From NCBI GenBank assembly GCA_965279635.1, contig OZ257253.1, forward strand, positions 257,506 through 321,505: a stretch of 64,000 nt of DNA. The letters are read 5' to 3'. The notes under the pieces were generated by a model. The model saw nothing but the letters and a program-made list of their open reading frames with translations, had not been told where the DNA came from and searched no databases. Origin of the DNA: Sediminibacterium sp. (lineage in GTDB: Bacteria; Bacteroidota; Bacteroidia; Chitinophagales; Chitinophagaceae). Below, in pieces: positions 37,923 through 49,739 of the stretch. Within the stretch, counting starts at the first letter, position 1. Each line of letters begins with the position of its first letter. Made by a program: the position numbers and the translations under genes.

Positions 37923-38294
37923 ATGAAAGAAAGAATCCTCGCATTCATGCAGGACATGCATTCCAATAATGCCTGTCTTGTAGCCGATTGGTTTTCGGAT
38001 GAAAGTGAATTATGGATACCGCCAGCCATGCCGGTAAAAGGACATTCGCGTATCAAAGCATTGTTCCGGGCCATGTTCAGCCGGTACGAATTCCTTCAAT
38101 GGACCATTGTTGATATCATCCCTATCAATGCCAACCGCTGTATACATATCTGTGAATCACATGGCAAACTAAGGGGCTTCGATGAATACCGTAACCGTGT
38201 AATCACCGACATCACTTTTAATGATGAAGGAAAGATTTTGAGTTTATCAGATTATTTTAAGGATACATCTGTTTTCTGCTGTAAAAGCAAATAA
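37923..38294 (+). CDS. SnoaL/NTF2-like fold protein
   Basis: 123 aa. Cone-shaped alpha+beta pattern (ILAFMQDMHSNNACLVADWFSDESELWIP...). ATG lies 3 nt inside the track's TTG start. Confidence 0.55.
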   Translation: MKERILAFMQDMHSNNACLVADWFSDESELWIPPAMPVKGHSRIKALFRAMFSRYEFLQWTIVDIIPINANRCIHICESHGKLRGFDEYRNRVITDITFNDEGKILSLSDYFKDTSVFCCKSK

Positions 38295-38305
38295 ATCCAG
38301 GGTTG

Positions 38306-38398
38306 TTTCAATAAAAGAAAAACGAAGAAAAAAAGTAAAGAAGGTATCACTCAAACGACACTTCTTGTCTTCTTTTCTTCGTTTTTCTTTTATTGAAA
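38306..38398. repeat. purine/pyrimidine-word hairpin, second copy of the 861-956 family
   Basis: Arms 38306-38344 and 38361-38398. The first 26 nt pair perfectly. Confidence 0.85.
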
Positions 38399-38549
38399 TA
38401 ATACACCCATAACCTGCCAATACTCAGGTCTCTCGTTTCACGCTTCACGATCTGTTCCCGGGTTGATATTTTTTCAGCAAGCTAACGCCCATTACTCCAA
38501 AAAAATCCTACATTCATTCCTTCTAACGTCTACAAAACCTTATTGCTAT

Positions 38550-40298
38550 ATGGGAGATCTCCAGATCAAGAAATCAGGCAAGAAATACGATGCAGTGATC
38601 GTGGGTTCGGGAGCAGGTGGTGGCATGGCTGCTTATGTATTGGCCGGACAGGGTTTAAAAGTCTGCCTGCTCGAAGCAGGTGTTGATTATGATCCTGCCA
38701 AACACTCCGCACAACTTAAAAACCCCTGGGACTCACCCCGCCGCGGCGCCAGTACCAAGTTCAGGCCCTTCGGCGATTTTGACGGTTGCTACTGGGGCTG
38801 GGAAATTGACGGTGAACCTTACACACAGGCCGAAGGAAGCGATAAATGGGAATGGTGGCGCGCACGTATGATCGGCGGCCGTACCAATCACTGGGGACGC
38901 ATCTCTCTCCGTTTTGGTCCCAAAGATTTCAAACGCAGAAGTATTGATGGCCTGGGAGATGACTGGCCGATCAGTTACGAGGATGTAAAACCTTATTACG
39001 ATAAGATCGACCAGTTATTAGGTGTATTTGGTTCCCTAGAAGGATTGGAAAATGACCCGGATGGTATTTTTCTTCCGCCTCCTAAGCCACGTTTGCATGA
39101 ACTGATGATCAAGAAAGCGGCAACAGGTATCGGTGTTCCGGTAATTCCTTCCCGTTTATCTATCCTTACCAAAAAATTACCCGGCAACGATAAGCGCGGT
39201 CAGTGTTTTTACTGCGCCCAGTGCGGACGCAGTTGTAAAATAGCAGCTGACTTTTCTTCTTCATCTGCATTGGTGCAGCCTGCTGTAGCTACCGGTAATG
39301 TAGACGTGATCACCAATGCTATGGCGCGTGAAGTGATCACCAACGCAGATGGGTTGGCCACAGGTGTTTCGTATGTAAACAAGATAGACAATATGGAATA
39401 CCAGGTAAACGGCCGTGTAGTGATACTCGCCGCCAGTACCTGTGAAACAGCGCGTTTGTTACTCAATTCAAAATCTACCCGCCACCCGAACGGTTTGGCG
39501 AATGACAGTAATGTGGTTGGTAAATATTTACATGATTCCACCGGTGCCGCAGTAGGTGGTGTATTGCCGCAACTTTTCGGACGGAAACGTTATAACGAAG
39601 ATGGTGTTGGCGGTATGCACGTGTACACACCATGGTGGCTCGATAATAAAAAGCTTGATTTTCCGAGAGGCTACCATATTGAATATTGGGGTGGCATGGG
39701 TCAACCTGCCTATGGTTTTGGTATGGGGATGGAAAGCCAGAATGGAAAGTACATGGTAAACGGCAAGCAGAAAGAAGCCGGTGGTTACGGTGTTTCATTA
39801 AAAGAAGATGTACGTTTCTTTTATGGCGCCGGTGTAGGTATGGCAGGAAGGGGCGAAGCGGTTCCGAGGATCGAAAATTATTGTGAGATCGATCCGAAAG
39901 TGGTTGACAAGTATGGCATACCTGTATTGCGTTTCAATACGAAGAACTCTGAATACGAGATCAAACAGGCCAAACACATGAAGGAGACTTTCAAAGAGAT
40001 CCTGCACAATATGGGTGCTATCATTACATGGGGTGGTGATGATAATGAGAAAAATAACTGGGGTCTTTCCAATCCCGGTAATATCATCCACGAAGCCGGT
40101 ACTGTGCGTATGGGTAGTGACCGCAAAACTTCTGCGCTCAACAAATGGAGCCAGGCGCATGATTGCAAAACATTGTTCTGCGTAGACGGCAGCCAGTTCA
40201 CCTCACAGGCAGATAAAAATATCACCTGGACGATACTGGCGCTGTCGATGAGGGCATCGGAGTATATTGTGGCTGAGATGAAGAAACAAAACCTTTGA
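38550..40298 (+). CDS. GMC-family FAD-dependent oxidoreductase
   Basis: YDAVIVGSGAGGG dinucleotide-binding motif, ~580 aa, C-terminal HEAGTVRMG motif. Start at MGDLQIKKSGKKYD. Confidence 0.8.
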   Translation: MGDLQIKKSGKKYDAVIVGSGAGGGMAAYVLAGQGLKVCLLEAGVDYDPAKHSAQLKNPWDSPRRGASTKFRPFGDFDGCYWGWEIDGEPYTQAEGSDKWEWWRARMIGGRTNHWGRISLRFGPKDFKRRSIDGLGDDWPISYEDVKPYYDKIDQLLGVFGSLEGLENDPDGIFLPPPKPRLHELMIKKAATGIGVPVIPSRLSILTKKLPGNDKRGQCFYCAQCGRSCKIAADFSSSSALVQPAVATGNVDVITNAMAREVITNADGLATGVSYVNKIDNMEYQVNGRVVILAASTCETARLLLNSKSTRHPNGLANDSNVVGKYLHDSTGAAVGGVLPQLFGRKRYNEDGVGGMHVYTPWWLDNKKLDFPRGYHIEYWGGMGQPAYGFGMGMESQNGKYMVNGKQKEAGGYGVSLKEDVRFFYGAGVGMAGRGEAVPRIENYCEIDPKVVDKYGIPVLRFNTKNSEYEIKQAKHMKETFKEILHNMGAIITWGGDDNEKNNWGLSNPGNIIHEAGTVRMGSDRKTSALNKWSQAHDCKTLFCVDGSQFTSQADKNITWTILALSMRASEYIVAEMKKQNL

Positions 40299-40320
40299 TC
40301 GCGGATTTGTGTGGTTTTGA

Positions 40321-40398
40321 ATATGATTTCACGGATTCTTTCGGACAATCATATCAATCCGTGATATAAATCTGTGATCTAATCATATAAATCCGTGA
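40321..40398. repeat. aatccgtgat-word block between the GMC oxidoreductase and its small-subunit gene
   Basis: atatgatt/aatcatat and tcacggatt/aatccgtga pairs occur in X Y X' Y' order, followed by three direct ataaatc(c/t)gtgat copies. Confidence 0.65.
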
Positions 40399-40401
40399 TA
40401 C

Positions 40402-41061
40402 ATGGACAGAAGAAAATCGATAAAAGCACTACTCATCGGAACCGTAGGTTCTGGCGTACTGATCGAAGCCTGTAAAACCAGTGATAAGAAAACGATCGCC
40501 GGTTCTGCCGATGCAACGCTGGAAGACTGGCGCATGCAGGAAGAACGTGCCTATCTCAAAAAAGTAACGGAAGGCGATAAGTTCTTTACCGCGCATGAGA
40601 TGGCGACCCTCACGGTGCTGGGAGATATCATCATTCCAAAAGAGGGCGATATCGGCAGTGCATCTGATGCGAAAGTGCCCGACTTTATAGAGTTCATCGT
40701 AAAAGACATGCCTGGTCACCAGACACCGATGCGTGGTGGTTTACGCTGGCTGGATATACAGTGTTTCAAACAGTTTGATAAAGCGTTTGTTGATTGCGAT
40801 GCCAAACAGCAGATTGCCATGGTTGACCAGATAGCTTACCCTGCCAAAGCAAAACCGGACATGAAACAGGGTGTTGCCTTTTTCAACCTTGCGCGTAACC
40901 TCGTAACAACAGGATTTTATACCTCAGAAATTGGCGTGAAGGACCTGGGCTATATGGGTAACACACCCAATCAGTGGAAAGGCGTGCCGGATGATGTGTT
41001 GAAACAGTATGGCTATTCATACTCGGAGAGAGAACTGAAAGAAACAGTACAGTTTGATTAA
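40402..41061 (+). CDS. gluconate 2-dehydrogenase subunit 3-like protein (small partner of the GMC oxidoreductase)
   Basis: Tat-like N-terminus MDRRKSIKALLIGTVGSG. 219 aa. GMC oxidoreductases are commonly paired with this kind of small partner. Confidence 0.6.
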   Translation: MDRRKSIKALLIGTVGSGVLIEACKTSDKKTIAGSADATLEDWRMQEERAYLKKVTEGDKFFTAHEMATLTVLGDIIIPKEGDIGSASDAKVPDFIEFIVKDMPGHQTPMRGGLRWLDIQCFKQFDKAFVDCDAKQQIAMVDQIAYPAKAKPDMKQGVAFFNLARNLVTTGFYTSEIGVKDLGYMGNTPNQWKGVPDDVLKQYGYSYSERELKETVQFD

Positions 41062-41075
41062 ACAAACTTTTATTA

Positions 41076-41119
41076 AAGCCGCAGATTCGCAGATTATTTA
41101 ATCTGCGAATCTGCGGCTT
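41076..41119. terminator. bidirectional terminator between the convergent small-subunit gene and metG
   Basis: Perfect 20-bp stem, 41076-41095 with 41100-41119, a 4-nt loop and A/T-rich flanks (gcagattc words). Confidence 0.85.
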
Positions 41120-41125
41120 ATATTT

Positions 41126-43264
41126 TTAGCTTACTCCAGCGCCGGGATTGATATCCGTTTCAGGATTGATAAAATGTAATTTACCCGCAGCATCTTCCGC
41201 CATCAAGATCATCCCATTACTTTCAATACCCCTCATTTTGCGAGGTGCAAGATTCACCACAACGGTTACCTGCTTACCCACAATGTCTTCCGGTTTAAAA
41301 TGAAGCGCAATACCCGAAACGATAGTGCGTGTTTCAAAACCAAGATCAACAGATAGTTTTAAAAGTTTGTCTGCTTTCTCTACTTTTTCGGCGCTTACAA
41401 TTTTACCCACCCGCAGATCGATCTTTGCAAAATCATCAAATACGATCTCAGGTTTTAAAGGGCTGGTCTCTTTTGTTTCTTCCATAGTATTTTCTTTACT
41501 CAGGTCTGTCGTTTCACGATTCACGGCAGCAGCATGTAGTTTTTCAATCTGGTAAACAATCTCTGCATCTTCAATTTTCCGGAACAACAATTCCGGTGGA
41601 CGCAATGAATAACCTACGCTCAGCAATTTCATTTTACCGGCATTTTCCCATTCCAGCATCTTGTCCACCACTTTCAGAATATGGCAGATCTTCCTGGCTG
41701 TAAATGGAAGAAACGGGTTGATCAGTATCGCCAGGTTCGCACACAACTGCAAACAGATATGCAGTGTGTTGTCGATAGATTGTTGCGCTTCGGTAGTCGG
41801 TTGTCCATCATCCCCAACCTGTTTCGCCACGATCCACGGTTCTTTTTTCTGCATGTACTGGTTACCGGTGCGTGCTAGGTTGATCACTTCAAACAAAGCA
41901 TCACGAAACTTGTATTGCTCGAGCAACGCTTCCACTTTTTCTTTTGCGGCGGCGATCTCTGTTATGGTTGCCTGGTCCTGTTCCGTTAGAATACCTGTAT
42001 GCAGTGTGGGTACTTTTCCTTTGGTCAGTTTATGCATCAGCACCATAGAGCGGTTGACAAAATTGCCAAAGATGCTCACGAGCTCACTGTTATTCGCGTC
42101 CTGGAAACCTTTCCAGGTAAACTCGCTGTCCTTGGTTTCCGGTGCTATCTGTGTAAGATAGTAACGCAGTACGTCGGCCATCTGGGTACCGCCATTTTCT
42201 TTGTTGATGAAATCATCAATATAATCCTGCATCTCCAGTTTCCAGTTGCGGCTGGTGCTCATTTTTTCGCCCTCGAGGTTCATGAACTCATTGGCAGGAA
42301 CATTCTCCGGTAAAATATTTCCATGCAGTTTCAGCATCACTGGGAATATGATACAATGGAAAACGATATTGTCCTTTCCTACAAAATGTACCAGTTTGGT
42401 GTCTTTGTCTTCCCAGTAAGGTTTCCAGTCTTTACCGGTATTCAGTGCCCATTGTTTGGTGGCGCTGATATAACCGATGGGTGCATCAAACCATACATAC
42501 AATACTTTTCCATCGGCTCCCTGAACCGGTACTTTTACGCCCCAGTCGAGATCGCGTGTAACGGCACGCGGCTGTAGACCGCCATCTATCCAGCTTTTGC
42601 ATTGACCAAGTACATTGGCGCGCCAGTCACCTGCATGTTCTTTCAGTATCCAGTTGCGGAGAAAATCTTCGTGTTTGTCCAGTGGCAGGTACCAGTGCTT
42701 TGTAGCTTTCTTTACCGGTGCTTTACCACTTAACGTACTTACCGGGTTGATCAGTTCCTCAGGACTAAGGCTCTTGCCGCATTTCTCACATTGGTCGCCA
42801 TAAGCGCTTTCATAGCCACAATTGGGACAGGTTCCTTTGATATAACGGTCGGCAAGAAAACTATTGGCCTCTTCATCAAAATATTGTTCGGTCTCTTTGA
42901 TCTCCAGGTCGCCGTTATCATTCAGTTTGGTAAAGAATTCCTGTGCAGTTGCATGGTGCAACGGATCACTGGTACGGTGATAGATATCGAACTCAATACC
43001 CAGATCACGGAAATTTTGTTCCATGATAGGATGATATTTATCGATAATGGCCTGGGCCGTGGTACCTTCTTTGGTGGCCTGTATGGGAATGGCTGTTCCA
43101 TGTTCATCGCTGCCGCAGACGTACACCACATCGCGTTTCTGGGCCCTGAGGTAGCGTACATAAATATCAGCCGGAATATAAGCGCCTGCCAGGTGACCAA
43201 TATGTTTGAGGCCATTGGCATAGGGCAGGGCGGAAGTAACTAAGTATCGTTTGGGTTGGGTCAT
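41126..43264 (-). CDS. metG: methionine--tRNA ligase with a C-terminal tRNA-binding domain
   Basis: PYANGLKHIGH (HIGH), KMSTSR (KMSKS), Zn knuckles CPNCG...CEKCG. The C-terminal EMAP/Trbp111-like domain ends in GMILMAED. Confidence 0.96.
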   Translation of the reverse strand: MTQPKRYLVTSALPYANGLKHIGHLAGAYIPADIYVRYLRAQKRDVVYVCGSDEHGTAIPIQATKEGTTAQAIIDKYHPIMEQNFRDLGIEFDIYHRTSDPLHHATAQEFFTKLNDNGDLEIKETEQYFDEEANSFLADRYIKGTCPNCGYESAYGDQCEKCGKSLSPEELINPVSTLSGKAPVKKATKHWYLPLDKHEDFLRNWILKEHAGDWRANVLGQCKSWIDGGLQPRAVTRDLDWGVKVPVQGADGKVLYVWFDAPIGYISATKQWALNTGKDWKPYWEDKDTKLVHFVGKDNIVFHCIIFPVMLKLHGNILPENVPANEFMNLEGEKMSTSRNWKLEMQDYIDDFINKENGGTQMADVLRYYLTQIAPETKDSEFTWKGFQDANNSELVSIFGNFVNRSMVLMHKLTKGKVPTLHTGILTEQDQATITEIAAAKEKVEALLEQYKFRDALFEVINLARTGNQYMQKKEPWIVAKQVGDDGQPTTEAQQSIDNTLHICLQLCANLAILINPFLPFTARKICHILKVVDKMLEWENAGKMKLLSVGYSLRPPELLFRKIEDAEIVYQIEKLHAAAVNRETTDLSKENTMEETKETSPLKPEIVFDDFAKIDLRVGKIVSAEKVEKADKLLKLSVDLGFETRTIVSGIALHFKPEDIVGKQVTVVVNLAPRKMRGIESNGMILMAEDAAGKLHFINPETDINPGAGVS

Positions 43265-43292
43265 GGTGTTGCTTGTGTTCTGTAAAACGCTG

Positions 43293-43300
43293 CAAAAGTA
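43293..43300 (-). promoter_or_regulatory. -7 box TActTTTG upstream of metG
   Basis: Exact TAnnTTTG match on the minus strand, 28 nt upstream of ATG 43264. Confidence 0.55.
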
Positions 43301-43410
43301 AGTAATCGTGGCTTACTACCTTTTATTCGGCTGGATGCCGGGGGATAGTGGTCACCCGCCAGGAGGCGGGCGACTGCGAGCGAACTGCGTAAAATGTGTA
43401 ATATTGCCGC

Positions 43411-44325
43411 ATGACGATCATTCCTGCTCACCTGCAAAAAGGGGATACCATCGGTATTGTTTGCCCTTCGGGGTATATGCCTTATGAAAAAGCCGCTACC
43501 TGTATCTCAGTTTTGAAGCAATGGGGTTACCAGGTACTGGTGGGTAAAACACTGGGCAGCCAGTTCCATTATTTTTCCGGAACGGATGCGGAGCGGCTGA
43601 ACGACCTGCAGCAGATGCTGGATAATCCGGAAGTAAAAGCCATTCTTTGTGGCCGTGGCGGTTATGGGATGAGCCGGATCATCGATCAGCTGGATTTTAA
43701 ACAATTCCGCAAACATCCCAAATGGCTGATCGGGTTCAGTGATATTACGGTGCTGCATGGACACGTATATAGCCGTTTCAATATAGCCTCATTACATTCC
43801 CCGATGGCGGCGGCGTTTAATGACGGTGAGTATGAGAAAGAATTTGTGCAGTCGCTTCGCAAGGCGCTACAGGGGAAAAGGGCTAATTATAGCTGTGCGG
43901 CCCATGCATTCAACCGTACAGGTAAAACAGAAGGTAAGCTGGTAGGGGGCAATCTTTCTTTACTCGCGCACCTTGTGGGAAGTAAATCTTCTTTCAAAAC
44001 AAAAGGAAAAATATTGTTCATTGAAGATGTAGGAGAATACATCTATAACGTGGACCGAATGATGATTCAGTTAAAACGAAGTGGTATGCTGGATGGGCTG
44101 GCGGGATTGATCGTTGGCAGTTTTACAGAAATGAAGGATACTACCGTTCCATTCGGAACAGAGACGCTTTCTGTCATTTTAGAACATGTGAAAGAATATG
44201 AGTATCCTGTCTGTTTCGATTTCCCCGTGAGCCATGATAGAAATAACTATGCATTGAAAATAGGTGTGAAATATTCCCTACAGGTTACCAAAACCAAGAC
44301 CACTCTCAAAGAAATCTCTGTGTAA
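43411..44325 (+). CDS. LD-carboxypeptidase (S66 family)
   Basis: 304 aa. Nucleophile motif GFSDITVLH and C-terminal HD motif (PVSHDRNN). Confidence 0.8.
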   Translation: MTIIPAHLQKGDTIGIVCPSGYMPYEKAATCISVLKQWGYQVLVGKTLGSQFHYFSGTDAERLNDLQQMLDNPEVKAILCGRGGYGMSRIIDQLDFKQFRKHPKWLIGFSDITVLHGHVYSRFNIASLHSPMAAAFNDGEYEKEFVQSLRKALQGKRANYSCAAHAFNRTGKTEGKLVGGNLSLLAHLVGSKSSFKTKGKILFIEDVGEYIYNVDRMMIQLKRSGMLDGLAGLIVGSFTEMKDTTVPFGTETLSVILEHVKEYEYPVCFDFPVSHDRNNYALKIGVKYSLQVTKTKTTLKEISV

Positions 44326-44422
44326 CTCTGTGCTCTCCGTGCCTCTGTGGTAAAGAACACCCTCCATCGATTGGAGCGAAGGCTTTACCACAGAGGCACG
44401 GAGGGCACAGAGATTCACAGAA
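44316..44422. repeat. ~107-nt palindromic element, copy 1 of 4
   Basis: 40-nt arms at 44316-44355 and 44383-44422 with a 27-nt loop. The left end overlaps the LD-carboxypeptidase stop, and the right end abuts the dipeptidase stop. Confidence 0.9.
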
Positions 44423-45505
44423 TTATTTCCAGGCATTCCGTAAAACACGGAGCCAGTTGCCATGCATGATACCCTCGCAATCTTCTTTTGAATACCCGCG
44501 TTTCATCAACAGCGAAGGAAAATGCTGCAGGTCAGCGATCGTATCAATATCATAAGGGGATTGTTCTTTACCATAAGCGCCATCCAGGTCGGTGCCGATA
44601 CCAACATGCAAAGTATTGCCAGCGAGCTGGCAGATATGATCGATATGGTCAATAATTTTCTCCATCCCGCAATCCATCTGTTTGGGATCAGAGACCCCTT
44701 TCTGCCAGCCGGGTACGATCATCCACGCATCCATCGAAGCGCCGATCACGGCTTTTTTTTCTATCAATACTTTGATCATCTCATCACTGAACTGGCGGTT
44801 ATGGTCAACTAATGCGCGACAGTTATTATGACTAGCCCAGATAGTGCCATTAAATATTTCCATTGCATCCCAGAAAGCATCATCACACAAATGGGTGGCA
44901 TCGAGTATGATGTTGAGCTTTTCCATTTCTTTCAGTAAGGCGATACCATCGCTGTTCAACCTGCCGGTAGCATTGGTGCCATTTGCATACCTGCCCGGGC
45001 CGTAATGTCCGGGCCCAACCGCTCTTAATCCGTATGCATGCGCAAGATGTAAATGATCAATGGTAACGATGGAGTCTGCACCTTCCAGGCTTAATATATA
45101 CCCGATAGGTTTTTTATCATGCTGTGTATCGCTGTTCCATGCGCGGATATGGTTCTCAAGATCAAGACTGTCTTTTATCTGCACCATTTCACCAACAGCT
45201 TCCATCTGTTTGTACCACGCGAGTTGTCCTTGCGTCTGTGCCCATGCCTGTTCGGGTGAATACCAGCCGGCTATAGTGCCCCCGGGTTTTACTACACGTG
45301 CAATTTGTGTAGCTACCACCAGCCCGATATTTCCTTCGCGTAATGCAGGTAGTGATACCGTTCCTCTGGCGCGGTCGGGTTTATCCGTCATGCCCAGTTC
45401 CCGTTCACGGATCTCGTGTACCGGTAAACGCAAGTCACGGTTCCATTCCATGGCATTCATGCTGAGGTCGAGATGTGCATCTATAATAAACATGATATCA
45501 GGCAT
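44423..45505 (-). CDS. membrane-dipeptidase family (M19) peptidase
   Basis: IIDAHLDLSMN N-terminal metal-binding motif. 360-aa TIM-barrel amidohydrolase-like sequence. Confidence 0.8.
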   Translation of the reverse strand: MPDIMFIIDAHLDLSMNAMEWNRDLRLPVHEIRERELGMTDKPDRARGTVSLPALREGNIGLVVATQIARVVKPGGTIAGWYSPEQAWAQTQGQLAWYKQMEAVGEMVQIKDSLDLENHIRAWNSDTQHDKKPIGYILSLEGADSIVTIDHLHLAHAYGLRAVGPGHYGPGRYANGTNATGRLNSDGIALLKEMEKLNIILDATHLCDDAFWDAMEIFNGTIWASHNNCRALVDHNRQFSDEMIKVLIEKKAVIGASMDAWMIVPGWQKGVSDPKQMDCGMEKIIDHIDHICQLAGNTLHVGIGTDLDGAYGKEQSPYDIDTIADLQHFPSLLMKRGYSKEDCEGIMHGNWLRVLRNAWK

Positions 45506-45508
45506 TGT

Positions 45509-45629
45509 CTCTGCGTAAACTCATATAACTCCTGTTCTCTGCGGTGAATTTTTTTTCGGATATCAGTCTGTATCCATTGCAAGGTGTTTTTCACCGCAGA
45601 GAACAGGAGTTACACAAGTTTACGCAGAG
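45509..45629. repeat. two-tier hairpin inside the RidA/D-TA/dipeptidase operon (ctctgcg words)
   Basis: Outer 12-bp stem 45509-45520 with 45618-45629. Inner perfect 23-bp stem 45526-45548 with 45590-45612. 41-nt loop. Confidence 0.9.
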
Positions 45630-45634
45630 TGTAG

Positions 45635-46735
45635 TTAAATAGTAATTTTCCTTTTTCGTGCAATAACATTCCAACTGGTTATGGCCTCATTGTTCTCGAT
45701 CACTATTGCTGAATCATATAAAGCCACCGTCGGACAGATATGTACCGGCACACCATACAACACATCACCCGGTTTGTAAACAGACGAATCGGGTACTTTC
45801 AATACGAGGTGTTCTTCACTCTGTCCCGATGGCACTGCATCAGGCGCATTCAAAAAATGCACACGCGGTAAAGGATTTTCAGCAGCAACTGATTTGTGGC
45901 CGAGATCAGTGCAAACCGTTTGTTCATCAATAATAGAAATGATACGTGTGATGACCAATGCCGCATAATCAAATGGTTCATCAGGTACAATATGTTTGTA
46001 TCCCCAATCCCAGAAAACAAAAGTACCCGGACTGAACTGTACACCCTTCCGTTTTACATGCGTAGGAAAACTGGGGGAACCTCCCGCAACTACCTGCAAT
46101 TTTTTTTGTGAAACAGCTTCTATATCCGACAATAATTTTTCCACTTTGCTGAAACCTTCATCAGATCGCTGGTTGCGTAAACTGAGATCTGTATCCCTGA
46201 TATGCCCGTCATATCCATGCAATCCAATGATATCAATTCCTTTGAATGACTGACATGTTTTATACAGTTCCAATGCTTTTTCAGGAATGATACCCGAACG
46301 GTTCATGCCGATGTTCAGATCTATATAAACATCCAATGATTGATTGGCTGCAATAAATAATTCAGAAAGCGCTGCGGCAGTTCCGGCATTGTCTATGATG
46401 CAGGAGAAATGTGTATTTGGGAATTTTTCTATCAACTGCCATAACCTTTCGGCTTTCGGTCCAACAGGCTGGTGCGCCAATAATACATCCGGCGCTTTGA
46501 TCATACCCAGCATTTCCGCTTCTGCAATTGTGGCGCATTTGAAATGAGTAATACCTGCCTGCAGCATTAGTGAACATACTTCTGCTATCTTATTCGTTTT
46601 CACGTGCGGGCGAAGCAAAGCTGCATCACCGGCGAGCTGGATGGCATGCTGTATGTTCTGTTTTACCCTTTCAGGATAAACCACCAGTGCAGGAGAATCT
46701 ATTGTATCAATATTGTTGATCGTGTACCACTGCAT
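45635..46735 (-). CDS. D-TA family PLP-dependent enzyme (D-serine dehydratase / D-threonine aldolase-like, alanine-racemase N-domain fold)
   Basis: PALVVYPERVKQNI and LRPHVKTNK (PLP Lys). 366 aa. Confidence 0.7.
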   Translation of the reverse strand: MQWYTINNIDTIDSPALVVYPERVKQNIQHAIQLAGDAALLRPHVKTNKIAEVCSLMLQAGITHFKCATIAEAEMLGMIKAPDVLLAHQPVGPKAERLWQLIEKFPNTHFSCIIDNAGTAAALSELFIAANQSLDVYIDLNIGMNRSGIIPEKALELYKTCQSFKGIDIIGLHGYDGHIRDTDLSLRNQRSDEGFSKVEKLLSDIEAVSQKKLQVVAGGSPSFPTHVKRKGVQFSPGTFVFWDWGYKHIVPDEPFDYAALVITRIISIIDEQTVCTDLGHKSVAAENPLPRVHFLNAPDAVPSGQSEEHLVLKVPDSSVYKPGDVLYGVPVHICPTVALYDSAIVIENNEAITSWNVIARKRKITI

Positions 46736-46736
46736 A

Positions 46737-47204
46737 TTATTTCAATTCAAATAGTGCCTCAATTTCTACAGGAATATTATCGGGTAAGGATCCCATACCT
46801 ACAGCGCTTCTGACACCAATGCCATTATCATTTCCCCATACAGCGGCAAACAGTTCACTACAGCCATTGATCACATAAGGATGTTTTTCAAAATCAGGTG
46901 TACAGTTCACCATGCCCAGTACCTTGATCACTCTTTTTACTTTGTCGAGTGAACCCAGGTTGGCTTTTAAAGTGGCGAGAATAGCAAGACCAACCTGTCT
47001 TGCCGCAAGTTTACCTGCTTCGATATCCATTGTATCCCCGATCCTGCCAATGATCAGTGTACCATCATCTTTCAATGTACCATGTCCCGACACATAACAA
47101 TGAGTACCATCGATCAGTAAAGGTTTGTAAATACCAATGGGCTTAGGTGCCGGTGGTAAACTAAGGTTGAGTTGTGCGAAATTTTCTTCAGGTGTCATAA
47201 GCAT
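46737..47204 (-). CDS. RidA/YjgF-family protein
   Basis: 155 aa. YVSGHGTL and VEIEALFEL C-terminus fit the YjgF/chorismate-mutase-like fold. Lies 1 nt upstream of the D-TA gene. Confidence 0.8.
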   Translation of the reverse strand: MLMTPEENFAQLNLSLPPAPKPIGIYKPLLIDGTHCYVSGHGTLKDDGTLIIGRIGDTMDIEAGKLAARQVGLAILATLKANLGSLDKVKRVIKVLGMVNCTPDFEKHPYVINGCSELFAAVWGNDNGIGVRSAVGMGSLPDNIPVEIEALFELK

Positions 47205-47283
47205 GGTTTAACAGCGAGGATTAAAGATAAATAAAAAGCCACCTCAACAGAGATGGCTTCTTATAATTAAAACACTCACAAAC

Positions 47284-49608
<2,325 letters not shown>

Positions 49609-49660
49609 CTATTTTGCATCATTCTCAAAATCAATTAATTTTATGGTTTGATAGATAGAA

Positions 49661-49737
49661 TCTATCAGCTGTCAGCCATCAGCTCTCAGCTTGAACCATA
49701 AGTAATTTATTGATAGCTGACAGCTCAAAGCTCATAG
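49661..49737. repeat. atcagc-word block in the katG/oxyR divergent region
   Basis: agctgtcagc (49666-49675) pairs with gctgacagct (49716-49725). Shares gagctatcagc, catcagc and ctcaaagc words with 29581-29697. Confidence 0.6.
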
Positions 49738-49739
49738 AC

